Assembly: GCA_963693365.1 (NCBI GenBank)
Contig: CAVNZM010000002.1
Coordinates: 15,595,615-15,659,614, forward strand
Length of the DNA: 64,000 bases
Source of the DNA: Amoebidium appalachense
Taxonomy: Eukaryota; Protista; Ichthyosporea
Reading direction: 5' to 3'
Part shown: piece after piece, positions 63,410 to 64,000 of the stretch
How positions within the stretch are numbered: position 1 is the stretch's first letter
How the letters are laid out: the number at the start of each line of letters is the position of its first letter
The notes under the pieces: model-generated
Seen by the model: only the letters and a program-made list of their open reading frames with translations
Told to the model about the DNA's origin: nothing
Databases searched by the model: none
Made by a program: the position numbers and the translations under genes

Positions 63410-64000
63410 GTTTCTAGCCCGACAGGAGGGAAACGATGCTGTTTGAGCAGGACTTATAGGAGGCCTTGTCTTTGAGTCGAACAGTCAGCTGGGATGTCTA
63501 TATTAGTCTTTTGTTTAGTCTAAAGTGGCTGTTGTTGATTTTTAAGTTTCAGTGCTCTGACCGAGACTTGCTCTACGTCAGGCAGGTATGTGACGTCAGC
63601 AAGATAAGACTCTTGATATCTCGGCCATCTAGAGACTCGAGTCTCTAGCCGTGGCGTTTCGCGCCTTTTCCCCTGAGCAAGGTGTCCGACAAAGCTCGAC
63701 ATGCTATCTGTTTTGTTCTGCTGTATCTAGGTTTTCTGAAACACTGTGCACGTGTCAGTTATCTCTCTGCCTTGCACATAAGTAGGCTCGTTTGCGTTAT
63801 TTGCTGGCGGAATTTCCAAAATGCCTGCTTGTGCAGCCCTATGGATGCTTACGTTCGTGCACCAAACAATCATCTGTCTGTGTTCCTGCCGAGCGCAAAC
63901 CAGCCACAATCAAGTTCATCGAATGAAGGGGTTGAAAATGCTCGTAAGGCACGATTTCGCACGAGAAAAGGAGTTTTTGGCTGTTTTTGGCAGAGATGAA

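Overview
Eukaryotic, intron-rich genomic window packed with (CA)n/(GT)n, (GA)n and poly-G/C tracts; most ORFs in the supplied track are microsatellite artefacts. Four spliced host genes could be reconstructed exon by exon: MCEE, a START-domain protein, a strictosidine-synthase-like/APMAP protein and ELP4. Three intronless genes are a Phactr/Bni4-like PP1-docking protein, a secreted Cys-rich protein with a probable ricin-B end, and a green-algal-type plastocyanin carrying a secretory signal peptide. Mobile DNA comprises the 5' part of a Ty1/copia element, two copies of a CACTA-like MITE, two non-autonomous hAT copies with 8-bp TSDs, a tRNA-derived SINE and an unclassified hairpin/poly-T repeat. 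There are also two inverted copies of a Replitron-type HUH (Y1, helicase-less) transposon: one with an intact ORF, the other nested in a hAT transposase remnant so that its insertion site can be reconstructed exactly. The host looks like a unicellular opisthokont/holozoan, but this is inference only.
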